Below, piece by piece: positions 9,533-19,194 of a DNA stretch of 64,000 bases. The stretch is from the IMG/VR virus record IMGVR_UViG_3300033388_002987, positions 32,001 through 96,000 of that record. One strand, written 5' to 3'. The translations under genes were made by a program, and so were the position numbers. Every line of letters begins with the position of its first letter. Within the stretch, counting starts at the first letter, position 1. Under the pieces are notes generated by a model, which saw only the letters and a program-made list of their open reading frames with translations, made no database searches and had not been told where the DNA came from. Source of the stretch: a virus.

Positions 9533-10354
9533 ATGATACCTAAATGGCTCTGGAATAAAACAATAGCAGTATACGATCTCGAAACAGACCGTATACCAAC
9601 GACCTTAATATATATGATGGGTGTATCAGTAGTAACTATCAACGCCAGAGGCGTTGCTACCTCAACTCCTAGTAAAGTCTTCACACACACCTGGACCTCT
9701 TACTCCAACGGAAGCCTTATGCAAGGCATCTCCTTAGTAAACTCCTGTGATTTCAGAGCTGGTCACAACTCCGTCGGATTTGATGACTACGAAGTTCGAA
9801 GGTATCTTAACATCCTACTTACTAAGCCAGCTCTCGACACTATGATACTCTCCAAGATAATCTTTTCCAAAGATGATCTCTTTGCTATGGATCCTCAACT
9901 AAAGATTGATAAAGACTTATGGGGAGGCTACTCGCTCAAGGCCTTTGGTCAACGACTAGGCGACTTTAAAATCTCCTTCGATAACTTCAACAAGATGAAC
10001 GAGGAAATGGCAGTATATTGTAATCAAGATGTAAATCTCACCAGTAAACTCCTACTTTTCCTTCTAAACAAAGAGAACTTCCCACTAGAACCTGTCGTAA
10101 CAATTGAACATCAGGCTGCTGCTATAATAGCTGAACAAACTGCCTTTGGTTTCTATATTGATATAGACTTAACTAGGAAGCTTAATACTAAGCTCCTTAA
10201 AGAAAAACTAGAACTATCTACTGAGCTCTCTAAGATCTTCTCTCCTAAGTTCTTAAAAGATGGTCCAGTTAAATCATACAAGAAAACAAGCAAGGTTAAG
10301 AAGTACCTTCCTAACACTCACTACATACCACTAATAGGAACTAATTATGACTAG
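9533..10354 (+). CDS. Family A (T7-like) DNA polymerase, N-terminal half: 3'-5' exonuclease and start of thumb
   Basis: ExoI YDLETD, ExoII GHNSVGFD, ExoIII YCNQDV, YSLKAFGQRLG and EHQAAAII..Q..FGFYID. The ORF stops inside the thumb insertion. Confidence 0.9.
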   Translation: MIPKWLWNKTIAVYDLETDRIPTTLIYMMGVSVVTINARGVATSTPSKVFTHTWTSYSNGSLMQGISLVNSCDFRAGHNSVGFDDYEVRRYLNILLTKPALDTMILSKIIFSKDDLFAMDPQLKIDKDLWGGYSLKAFGQRLGDFKISFDNFNKMNEEMAVYCNQDVNLTSKLLLFLLNKENFPLEPVVTIEHQAAAIIAEQTAFGFYIDIDLTRKLNTKLLKEKLELSTELSKIFSPKFLKDGPVKSYKKTSKVKKYLPNTHYIPLIGTNYD

Positions 10355-10514
10355 AGATGAAGCTCAAGGACTATCATTCTTCACAGAAGACGATGTAACT
10401 AAAAGTCTTGATAAACTTTATGACTTTTTTGGGAGTGATATTAAGAAACTAGAACAGCAAGTAGCTTATTGGAAGCTTAGCTTCCAAAAGCAATGTGAAG
10501 CGACAAGGTAAGTA

Positions 10515-10976
10515 ATGAACCTCTCAGACGATTCCATAGATCAAATCTATGAGTCCCTAGATTTATCCTGCTACCACTTCACTTGGTCCATTATAAACAA
10601 AGGCTCCAAAGGAGACTTTGTACTAGAATACATCCACCAAGAACTACTTCAAGACAGCTCTTTAACACGCTGCCTTGCATTAGTATTATGGGATAGTATG
10701 GACTGGAATGATGCTGTAACAGCTTATAATGATGAAGATTATCTAGTATTAACTACAGAAGAAGTAGACGATGAAATGCTAGAATCTGCCCAGAGTTATT
10801 TATATGAAGTAGTACTTCCAGAAATCCCGGAGTACCTACACTATTACTTCAATGAAGATACCTATATTAAAGACTACATTAATGATACAGTTCCCGGTGA
10901 AGTTATTGCAGACCATGATGGTGCGGAGCACTCTGTAGATGTAGATGGAACAACTTATTATATTTATAGAAAATAA
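10515..10976 (+). CDS. Highly acidic hypothetical protein (DNA-mimic candidate)
   Basis: About 34 D/E versus about 6 K/R in 153 aa by hand count; YYFNEDTYIKD is loosely reminiscent of ArdA C-terminal motifs. Confidence 0.6.
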   Translation: MNLSDDSIDQIYESLDLSCYHFTWSIINKGSKGDFVLEYIHQELLQDSSLTRCLALVLWDSMDWNDAVTAYNDEDYLVLTTEEVDDEMLESAQSYLYEVVLPEIPEYLHYYFNEDTYIKDYINDTVPGEVIADHDGAEHSVDVDGTTYYIYRK

Positions 10977-12456
10977 TACGCTCGTCTCTATAAGACGTCG
11001 GGTTTGTGAAGCGAGGCTAACAAAACCAGTAAATGAAGTTTGCTGTACAAATAAGTCTTGAGATAGATAGTGACTGCCTGCTAAAGTACACGGCTATAAA
11101 ATGCAATCAACATCTACTAGTAGTGATGGAATCAGTGACACCTTAAGTGGTCTGCGGATTCGCGGTAAACTTTATTCTAGATAAAGGGTACTTGACCGCT
11201 ACTTCGGTAGTAACATATATGGTGAGTACAGTTACATGAGACATTTTGAGTCTAAGGAACTTGACATCCCAGGGTCGAAGTCCCTGGGCTACTAAAAGTC
11301 TAAACGAGACTGTAAATTGTACCGAACCCTTTAAGTAGGGCTAAATTGCAGGTTGCGGCCAACAGTCCGTACTAATAAATAGAATGATGCAGAAATGTAG
11401 AAATAGAGACTTACCTGTTCCACCACCTTATCTAAGGGCAACACCGTGAAGCCGGGGAACGACCAGTACGATTTATCGCTGACCCTAGACGGTCTTCAGC
11501 TGAAGAAAGCGTCCAGCTTCCACTCCATTTGCCTTCATTGGAGTATAACATTAAGACACCGGGATTTATACACCTTGGTTAATACAAACGTATGATATGA
11601 GCAGTAGGCTGCCTGTGTAAGTCAGGCCTGGGACACCAAAAGTCACGTAGGACCACTAGACTATAAAATCCATGGTGCTTGCTGGGATGCAAGGTGTAAA
11701 CCGTCTGACCGCTGTAGAGGACGTTAAATAGGCAGATACTAGTGAATCTAAGCAATCATTAGTAGCTAGTAACGTCAATGACAGAATAAGCTACGGCTTA
11801 GGAATCTTCGTTATGAAGGTGCCCACTACCTTAAGTGTGGGAGCTATGTTGTACCCATTCGGAGGGAACCTGACGCAGGCATAGTGAGTTCGAAACCGTC
11901 TAGTTGTGACTACTAATTAAAGTACAGACAATCCCTGTGAGCATACATAGTGGTGCAGGCCACAGCTTATTCCCTGGTTTGGGGTACAGTCCGTTCAAAT
12001 CGAGACTGGGTAAGTCCTGTTAATGTATGTTCTTAGGGGTCGTCGCAGCATGCAAGCGAATGACCGCTAATCATAAATAAACATGTACCATTATTTGTCA
12101 GTTGCGTAAATTCGAAAGAAACTGTCTGGTCAAACATATAGCTGAGGGATGTAACCTTTCAAAGTATATCTCAGCACAAACAAATAAGCTTATGGAGCTA
12201 ATAGACTAGGTAGGGAATCCTGCACTATTGGTTCTAGTAAGTTTATCGGGTCAAGCAAATGCCCCTCACAGCCCACGCCAGTATGATTGGATTCAAAGGG
12301 AGTAGTAAAATAATATGTGCCAAACAACGTGTATGAGAGTAAATACTACCGTTATTGTGATGGGTGTGCCTAGCCAGGACCTGTAGACTACCAATTCACA
12401 ATTAAAACAAAGAATAATAACGTTATGGTGCCCAGCAAACCTGGGTACTAGTAACG
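10977..12456 (+). ncRNA. Putative very large structured ncRNA, or a cluster of ncRNAs; family unassigned
   Basis: About 1.5 kb with no ORF in the track, visibly more GC-rich than the flanks, with nearly continuous hairpins. Examples: GCTAC-TTCG-GTAGT 11198-11211; CCCAGGG/CCCTGGG 11268-11288; GCTGAG/CTCAGC ~12141-12175; terminal stem 12421-12456. Confidence 0.75.
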
Positions 12457-12473
12457 ACTATTAAAGGAATTAA

Positions 12474-12851
12474 ATGAACTTCAAAATAGGTGATTCAGTA
12501 CGTATTAAAACATTAGCAAACCTAACAGAACAGTACGGAGTGTATGGCGACGGTGATATAAGGTGCTCCCCTTACTTTAAACCATCTCACAAAATATACT
12601 GTGGAAGATCTGGTACTATATCATCAATAACTGATAATGGGATTGCACTTACAGAAGCAGCTTTTGATAATAACGTATTCTCCTCGAAAGTATTAGAACG
12701 AATAGTTGAACTTACACTAGTTAAAGGGCATATACTTATATGTGATTTTGATGCATACTCAATAAACATTAATATAAATAAAGGGTACACTATACGTGAA
12801 TTTCATGATAACAAATGTATAATGGTGTATTCCCCTATAAATACTTTATAA
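12474..12851 (+). CDS. Hypothetical protein with an SH3/KOW-like start (FKIGDSVRI)
   Basis: AAAGGA RBS. Confidence 0.6.
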   Translation: MNFKIGDSVRIKTLANLTEQYGVYGDGDIRCSPYFKPSHKIYCGRSGTISSITDNGIALTEAAFDNNVFSSKVLERIVELTLVKGHILICDFDAYSINININKGYTIREFHDNKCIMVYSPINTL

Positions 12852-12859
12852 GGTAATCT

Positions 12860-13405
12860 ATGAAACAATATGGAATAATACTAGGACGCATGCAACCAAT
12901 ACATATAGGCCACCAATCACTAATAGATAAAGTCATCTCCGATGACTTTACTCCTATAGTAATTCTTGGAACAGCTCAAGAATTTGGTACTAAGAAAAAC
13001 CCTTACCACCCTCTAGAACGTATCCATATGGTAAAATTAGTCTACCCTGACATCAGAGTATACGCCATGGACGATACTGAAGACTGGGATAAGTGGTTTA
13101 CAAACTTAGTAGATATCATCAAACTAATAGCTACTACTAACCTCTCCGAGGTTACAATATACACTCACAACAAACCTGAAGACCTTATGGACTTCACGTT
13201 CAAAGGTGTTGATTACACTAACGAGTACTACAGCAAATGCTACGAAATACTTGGTATCAATACAGAAAACATCAAAACATCTCACGTCCCTATAAGAGCC
13301 TCATCAATAAGAGCGAACTTAGAAATAAACAAACAATTCCTAGACCCTAAAGTCTACAACTACATAAAGGGCTGTAATGCTAAAACCAGTAACAATAATA
13401 TCTAA
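12860..13405 (+). CDS. Nicotinamide-nucleotide adenylyltransferase (NadM-like NMNAT)
   Basis: GRMQPIHIGH (HxGH), KNPYHPLERI and IRASSIR motifs; adjacent to NAMPT. Confidence 0.85.
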   Translation: MKQYGIILGRMQPIHIGHQSLIDKVISDDFTPIVILGTAQEFGTKKNPYHPLERIHMVKLVYPDIRVYAMDDTEDWDKWFTNLVDIIKLIATTNLSEVTIYTHNKPEDLMDFTFKGVDYTNEYYSKCYEILGINTENIKTSHVPIRASSIRANLEINKQFLDPKVYNYIKGCNAKTSNNNI

Positions 13406-13958
13406 AGAAAAATTAACAAACCCTAGATTCATCAGTACCTCAGCTCTTAACATCATTAGAGACAGCCACACCATGCAATGGGAAATGATTAACTCATTAC
13501 CAACAGTTCACATACTTGTAAACAAAGTAGACTCTCAAGAAATCTTACTAGTTAAACAAGTACGCCCTCCTGTTCTCTACAACAACAATGCACCACATGG
13601 TGAGTGCATCGAGGTATGTGCTGGACTAGTAGATAAGTACAGTAGACACCATGAAGATTCTCAAACTGCTTTAGTTGCTAAAGAAGAAGTACTTGAAGAA
13701 CTAGGTTACACTACAAGTTACATCCAAAGACTACAACCTATTCTAGGTTCTGTAGGAACAGCTGGCACTAAATTACATCTATTCTACACTGAAGTAACTG
13801 ATGCCAACTTCGTTGGCCAACAATTGGAGCCAACTGAGGATATCGAAGTAGTTAAACTATCTTACGAAAATGTATTAAATTTTATTAATACAACATCAAA
13901 CACAGACTCTACAACAATTATGTTATTACAATGGTTCTTATTAAATAAAAGGAAATAA
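13377..13958 (+). CDS. Nudix hydrolase (ADP-ribose/GDP-sugar pyrophosphatase-like)
   Basis: LVKQVRPPV, Nudix box variant EVCAGLVD..AKEEVLEELGY, and EDIEV. Confidence 0.85.
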   Translation: MLKPVTIISKEKLTNPRFISTSALNIIRDSHTMQWEMINSLPTVHILVNKVDSQEILLVKQVRPPVLYNNNAPHGECIEVCAGLVDKYSRHHEDSQTALVAKEEVLEELGYTTSYIQRLQPILGSVGTAGTKLHLFYTEVTDANFVGQQLEPTEDIEVVKLSYENVLNFINTTSNTDSTTIMLLQWFLLNKRK

Positions 13959-13959
13959 A

Positions 13960-15360
13960 ATGCAATCAATACTAAGCCTTGGAGACTCTTACAAGTACTC
14001 TCACAGTTCTCAATACCCTTCCAACACAGTCTCCATGTACTCTTACATGGAATCTCGTGGAGGAAAATACGAGGCAACTGTATTCGTAGGCCTACAATAC
14101 TACTTAGTAAAGTACTTAACAATCCCTGTAACATTACAAGAACTTGAAAAGACTAAACTCAAAGCGGCTGCCCATGGCATCCCCTTCGACTACGATGGCT
14201 GGTTACACATAATAAACAACCACAACGGTCTATTACCAATAAAAATTAAAGCAGTAAAAGAAGGCTCACTAATACCTGTAAAACATGTCCTATTAACAAT
14301 TGAATCAACTGACCCAGCTGTCCCTTGGATTGCTGGCTTCGTAGAAACTCTTCTAATGAAGATATGGTACCCAACAACTATAGCAACTAAGTCTTACTAT
14401 GTAAAACAAATGCTAACTAAATATGGCTCACCTGGATGGGCTCAATTTGCATATCATAACTTCGGAGATCGTGGAGCTACATCAGTTGAAGCCGCTGCAA
14501 TAGGTGGCATGGCCCACCTAACACAATTCAGCGGAACTGACAACTTTAACGCTTTAGACCTATGCGAGGACTTCTACGAAGAACCTATGGCAGGCTATTC
14601 TGTATACGCAACTGAGCACTCTACAACTACGTCCTATGGACGTGACGGTGAAGAACAATTCGTATACAACCAACTATTAGCAAATCCTGATAAGCCTATC
14701 ATGAGCTTCGTAGCTGACTCTTACGACGTGTACAACTTCACTGAATTCTGTACGGCTCCTGGTAGTCGTATTAGAAACCTAGTTGAATCTCGTCCACACC
14801 AAAAACTAGTCTTACGTCCAGATAGTGGCAACCCTTTAGAAGTACTACCTAAAATGCTAAATATAGCATTCCACAATGGCGCCATTACTACAGGCCCTAA
14901 AGGCGCTTACATATTTACTGATTTTGCGTTTCTTTGGGGTGACGGTATTACACCTGAAACTATAGAACTAATTCTTAAAGCACTTATTGAACTTGGTTAT
15001 GCAGCTGAAAACTTCGTTTTCGGCTCTGGTGGGGACTTAATGCAAAACATCAACAGAGACACTCAACGCTTCGCGATTAAGTGCTCTAATATTACAGTAG
15101 CTAAATCCTCAGGACAAGGCTTGCAACGTACTCACTACAATGAAGACATCGACGTCTACAAAGACCCTATTACCGACCCTGGTAAAGCATCTAAACGTGG
15201 CAAAGTAACTACTTGGTATGACACCTTATCAGGTGAAATAACCCAAGGACTGGTAAACACTCCTCCAAACTTAGACTGTATTTGTTTACTACAAACTGTC
15301 TTTGAAAATGGTAAGGTAGTTAAACCCACTATATTAGCTGAAATTAGAGAGGCAATATAA
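13960..15360 (+). CDS. nadV: Nicotinamide phosphoribosyltransferase (NAMPT)
   Basis: DSYKYSH, HNFGDRG, ATEHS, VADSYD, VLRPDSG, WGDGI, FGSGG and KDPITDPGKASKRG motifs. Confidence 0.95.
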   Translation: MQSILSLGDSYKYSHSSQYPSNTVSMYSYMESRGGKYEATVFVGLQYYLVKYLTIPVTLQELEKTKLKAAAHGIPFDYDGWLHIINNHNGLLPIKIKAVKEGSLIPVKHVLLTIESTDPAVPWIAGFVETLLMKIWYPTTIATKSYYVKQMLTKYGSPGWAQFAYHNFGDRGATSVEAAAIGGMAHLTQFSGTDNFNALDLCEDFYEEPMAGYSVYATEHSTTTSYGRDGEEQFVYNQLLANPDKPIMSFVADSYDVYNFTEFCTAPGSRIRNLVESRPHQKLVLRPDSGNPLEVLPKMLNIAFHNGAITTGPKGAYIFTDFAFLWGDGITPETIELILKALIELGYAAENFVFGSGGDLMQNINRDTQRFAIKCSNITVAKSSGQGLQRTHYNEDIDVYKDPITDPGKASKRGKVTTWYDTLSGEITQGLVNTPPNLDCICLLQTVFENGKVVKPTILAEIREAI

Positions 15361-15692
15361 TGGAACTACTCTTAGTAATCTCACTACTACTAGTCATCCA
15401 CTTCGTGGCTGACTTTCTACTACAATCTAATTGGATGGCTCAAAATAAATCTAAAAACAACAAGGTATTACTATATCATGTATCAGTATACTCACTACCG
15501 TTCATGGTCATCATAAGTCCCCTATATGGACTTATTAATGGTGCCCTTCACTTTGCTGTGGACTACTACACTTCACGCTATACAAGTAAGCTATGGAACT
15601 CTGGTGAGGTACATTGGTTCTTCGTTGTAATTGGTCTTGACCAATTACTACATATACTGTCCTTAATATGGACTTACCACTTATTATTTTAA
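15360..15692 (+). CDS. DUF3307-like membrane protein
   Basis: HFVADFLLQ, LLYHV, HFAVD and GLDQLLH pattern with hydrophobic helices. Confidence 0.7.
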   Translation: MELLLVISLLLVIHFVADFLLQSNWMAQNKSKNNKVLLYHVSVYSLPFMVIISPLYGLINGALHFAVDYYTSRYTSKLWNSGEVHWFFVVIGLDQLLHILSLIWTYHLLF

Positions 15693-15701
15693 AGGATTAA
15701 T

Positions 15702-16493
15702 GTGACTAAAGAACAAGTAGAGACACATGGAGAAGTAATTAAGTGGTTTTGTGATAATGCAGATAAAGGTGCATGGATGGCACACGAAAAAGGTTCATGG
15801 TCTTTAAGAATAGAACCTACATGGGACACTAATTGTTTTTACGTTCAAAACGACCAATATGCTGTCCTTCGTAAAGCTCAAGCAGATGGTAAGGCCATAC
15901 AAATAAGACAGAATCCTCATGCTAATTGGGTGGATGGTAACACCAAAGCATTCTCTTTATTATATGAATGCTATCGTATCAAACCAGATGAACCTAAATT
16001 TAAAGACTTACTTATACTTGGTGATTACTACAAGGCAGACACAGAAGGTAATATTCACTCCAAAAGAACTGGAAAGATATTGAAACCATACCTAGAAAAG
16101 AATGGCTATCTAACAGTAACCTTGTTTCATAAAGAGCAAGGCATAAAGAAAACTAAAACAGTACATAGACTAGTTATGGAAGCTTTCAATGGAGAAAATA
16201 CACTTGATGTAAACCATATAGATGAAGACAAGACTAACAATAAGCTGTCTAATCTTGAGTGGATGACAAGAAAAGAAAATGTAAATCATGGTACTGGTAG
16301 GGCAAGACAAGTTGAAGCTAATTCAACTCGAGTAAAAGCTACCCACCTAAAGACTGGAGAAGAGTTAGAATTTATATCATGTGCTGAAGCTATTAGACTT
16401 GGTTATGCAACATTAGATGTATATGAATATCTTAAAAGCAATACAAGATTATCACACAAGGGGATGAGATGGGAACTTCAGACAGATTCGTAA
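15702..16493 (+). CDS. Hypothetical N-terminal domain fused to an HNH homing endonuclease (NUMOD4/HNH-type)
   Basis: From ~aa 100: [42 protein letters not shown], then a NUMOD1-like tail. Confidence 0.8.
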   Translation: MTKEQVETHGEVIKWFCDNADKGAWMAHEKGSWSLRIEPTWDTNCFYVQNDQYAVLRKAQADGKAIQIRQNPHANWVDGNTKAFSLLYECYRIKPDEPKFKDLLILGDYYKADTEGNIHSKRTGKILKPYLEKNGYLTVTLFHKEQGIKKTKTVHRLVMEAFNGENTLDVNHIDEDKTNNKLSNLEWMTRKENVNHGTGRARQVEANSTRVKATHLKTGEELEFISCAEAIRLGYATLDVYEYLKSNTRLSHKGMRWELQTDS

Positions 16494-16900
16494 CAATATG
16501 TACTCAATGTAGGTTGATTGATTACAACTGTAAATGTGGGGATGAAAAAACAAGTCCTTTTAAAGTAGGAGATTGGGTAAGAGTTACTTGTGAATTTTCC
16601 ACTACAATACAAAAGATATACAATATAACTCATGCTGCAATTAATTTTGAAGAGTTTTCTACCAAGAATATTAACACTAGGAGTTTTGCACCATTAAACG
16701 ACAGAGGGTTTAAAATTGAACTATGGCAACCAACTGAAGGTGAATGGTGTGTGTTTTGGGATAGAGAAACAACGGATAGATATTCAATTAGAAAATACAG
16801 AAATAAAGTTCCACAAGGGTATTTTGATGTAACATCAAAAGTATGGACAAACATAGCCCCACTAGAATTTATACAAACACTAAAGGACACGCATGCGTAA
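16469..16900 (+). CDS. Hypothetical protein, probably the 3' half of the gene interrupted by the HNH
   Basis: FKVGDWVRV follows the second copy of TTTAAAG. Confidence 0.55.
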   Translation: MGTSDRFVTICTQCRLIDYNCKCGDEKTSPFKVGDWVRVTCEFSTTIQKIYNITHAAINFEEFSTKNINTRSFAPLNDRGFKIELWQPTEGEWCVFWDRETTDRYSIRKYRNKVPQGYFDVTSKVWTNIAPLEFIQTLKDTHA

Positions 16901-18023
16901 ACTTGTAACAACAAGAACAGTAGACAAGCTAATACCAATCCCTAAAGCAGACCGCATAGAAATAGCCTTAATAGGTGGCTGGTCATGTATCGTTAAAAAA
17001 GGTGAGTTCTCTGAAGGAGATCAAGGCATCTTCTTCGAAATAGATTCTTGGATTCCTGAAACAGACTCTAGATTCTCTTTCCTAGGTTCTACTAAAGACT
17101 ACCTTGGTAACCAAGGTTGGCGTATACGCACAATGAAGATGCGTGGTGTAATCTCTCAAGGATTACTACTACCACTAGCATCATTCCCTGAGTTAAACTT
17201 GTCTAACGAATCTCACGAGGACGCACTTGGCGTACTTAAATGGGAACAGCAAACTGGTGATGACTCTCGTCTTGGTATAAAAACTTCAACTAAAGTTCCA
17301 AAGTTCCCTAGCTTCATCCCTAAGACTGATCAAGAACGCATTCAAAACTTAATGCACTACTTCAACACTCACAAGGAAATGCAATTCGAAGAGACACTAA
17401 AACTAGATGGCTCATCAATGACTTGTTATAAGATTGATAAAGAGTTTACTTTACTACAAAGGCTTGCAAATAACTTCGCCCTACACTTCAGAATCAAACC
17501 ATTCTTTAAAGGTGAACACTTTGGTGTATGTAGTAGGAACTTAGAGCTTAAGTCTACTGCTAACTATGAAACAACTTATGATAACGATGGTAAAACATCA
17601 ACCCATTCTCAAGGAAACTTCTGGAGAACAGCACTCAAGTATGGTATCCACACAGCACTTCCAGTAGGCTTCGCCATACAGGGAGAGCTTATCGGACCAT
17701 CAATCCAGGGCAACCACGAAAAGGTAGAGGAACTGGAGTATCATATCTACGATGTGTTTGCTATTAAACTAGGCCGTTATCTAACTCCAGAAGAACGCGT
17801 AGCGTTCTGTAAAGTCACACTAGCAGGAGTACCTCATGTACCAATTATCGGAACTTCAAAGGTATTCTCAGATGTAAACTCATTTGATGAACTACAAGCA
17901 AGAGTAACTGGAGAATCAATTAACCCTAAAACAGTATCAGAAGGTCGTGTCTACAAATCAATATGTGGCACAACAACCTTCAAAGCTGTATCAAATCAAT
18001 ACCTCCTTAAAGGCGGTAATTAA
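16893..18023 (+). CDS. ATP-dependent RNA ligase (DRB0094-like)
   Basis: RKLVT..IPKADRIE, MRGVISQGLLLP, TDQERIQN, motif I ETLKLDGSS, QGELIGPSIQGN, EGRVYK and FKAVSN. Confidence 0.9.
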   Translation: MRKLVTTRTVDKLIPIPKADRIEIALIGGWSCIVKKGEFSEGDQGIFFEIDSWIPETDSRFSFLGSTKDYLGNQGWRIRTMKMRGVISQGLLLPLASFPELNLSNESHEDALGVLKWEQQTGDDSRLGIKTSTKVPKFPSFIPKTDQERIQNLMHYFNTHKEMQFEETLKLDGSSMTCYKIDKEFTLLQRLANNFALHFRIKPFFKGEHFGVCSRNLELKSTANYETTYDNDGKTSTHSQGNFWRTALKYGIHTALPVGFAIQGELIGPSIQGNHEKVEELEYHIYDVFAIKLGRYLTPEERVAFCKVTLAGVPHVPIIGTSKVFSDVNSFDELQARVTGESINPKTVSEGRVYKSICGTTTFKAVSNQYLLKGGN

Positions 18024-18031
18024 GGACTAAA

Positions 18032-18679
18032 ATGGAACTCTGCTGTATCAGTGACACTCACAGTAAACACGCTCAACTAGACCTCACACAATACCCAGCA
18101 GACGTCCTAGTCCACGCAGGGGACTGGACAAGAAGTAATGACCTAGAGCTATCTGAGACTATTAATTTCCTTGAATGGCTTGAGAACCAACCCTATAAGC
18201 ACAAAGTGCTTATAGCTGGTAACCATGAAGTACAAGTAGAAGCTGATATTGAAAACTTTAAAAGAGTCTTAGCTATAATAGCTCCGTCAGTGACATTCTT
18301 AAACGACTCTGCTGTAATAATATCCGGCATCAAGTTCTACGGTTCACCTTACTCTAATGAGTTTTTTAACTGGGCTTTTATGGAAGACGAGTTTTACTTA
18401 AAGCATCGCTGGGATAAAATCCCAGACGATACTCAGGTACTAATAACACATGGCCCTGCATACGGCTGTAATGACCTAGTGAAACACTATAGAGGAGCTG
18501 ACCCTCATGTAGGTAGTAAGTCTTTACACTATCGTAAACTTACTATACAAGATTCTTTAAAGTTACACATAAGTGGGCATATACATGAGGCCTACGGGGT
18601 AACTGGTAATAGTGTCTGTGCTAGTGTACTTGATGAGAAATATCAATTGGTTAATAAGCCAATAGTAATGGAGATTTAA
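18032..18679 (+). CDS. Calcineurin-like metallophosphoesterase
   Basis: SDTH, HAGD, IAGNHE, THGP and GHIHE motifs. Confidence 0.9.
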   Translation: MELCCISDTHSKHAQLDLTQYPADVLVHAGDWTRSNDLELSETINFLEWLENQPYKHKVLIAGNHEVQVEADIENFKRVLAIIAPSVTFLNDSAVIISGIKFYGSPYSNEFFNWAFMEDEFYLKHRWDKIPDDTQVLITHGPAYGCNDLVKHYRGADPHVGSKSLHYRKLTIQDSLKLHISGHIHEAYGVTGNSVCASVLDEKYQLVNKPIVMEI

Positions 18680-18888
18680 TGAAAACTACACACATGTTCC
18701 CTGATAGAATGGGTAATGATATAACTATAGGCTGCACAGTAGCCGTAGTTGTTAAACGAGGGTGGGTTGCTGCATTAGCTTATGGAGAAGTACTTTCTGT
18801 AGACTCTAAGATAAAAGTAAAAGGATTTGGAGCTAAGCGTACTTGTAAAGAAGTACTAGTTCTAAAAACATTAAATGAAAACCAATAA
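18679..18888 (+). CDS. Hypothetical protein
   Basis: Coupled ORF (TAATG). Confidence 0.55.
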   Translation: MKTTHMFPDRMGNDITIGCTVAVVVKRGWVAALAYGEVLSVDSKIKVKGFGAKRTCKEVLVLKTLNENQ

Positions 18889-18904
18889 AACAAAGGAAAA
18901 CAAC

Positions 18905-19192
18905 ATGGCAAAAACAATCAGAAACGGAAGAGCATTTCCAAAATCAGTAAAATCAGCAGTTCTAGATGAACTAAGAAACGGTGTTAAATCACAAGTATCG
19001 ATTGGAGCTGCTCACAACGTGAGTAGCGTAACAGTATCCGCATGGGGAGCAGCTGCAGGTATTGCACCAGCAATCTCACAACCAGTTCAACTAGCAGCAC
19101 ATTGTGCACGTCTTAAAACAGCAACTGCTTTCAATACTCCTATACCACAAGCTGACGGGTCAATCCTATTCAAGGGTAAGTCTTACAGATAG
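18905..19192 (+). CDS. Helix-turn-helix DNA-binding protein
   Basis: FPKSVKSAVL..SQVSIGAAHNVSSVTVSAW HTH pattern. The start is moved to 18905 because of the AAAGGA RBS. Confidence 0.6.
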   Translation: MAKTIRNGRAFPKSVKSAVLDELRNGVKSQVSIGAAHNVSSVTVSAWGAAAGIAPAISQPVQLAAHCARLKTATAFNTPIPQADGSILFKGKSYR

Positions 19193-19194
19193 TC

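Noticed and set aside
11500-11520. Hammerhead ribozyme core (CTGAAGA)
   Set aside because: The stem that follows is not followed by the required GAAA.
10977-12456. tRNA, tmRNA, RNase P or group I/II intron within the large non-coding region
   Set aside because: T-loop-like motifs are present, but I could not build a cloverleaf with acceptor stem and anticodon arm, tmRNA ends, P/Q/R/S elements or a group II domain V.
16006-16565. Group I intron around the fused HNH
   Set aside because: No catalytic core elements or flanking structured RNA are visible.
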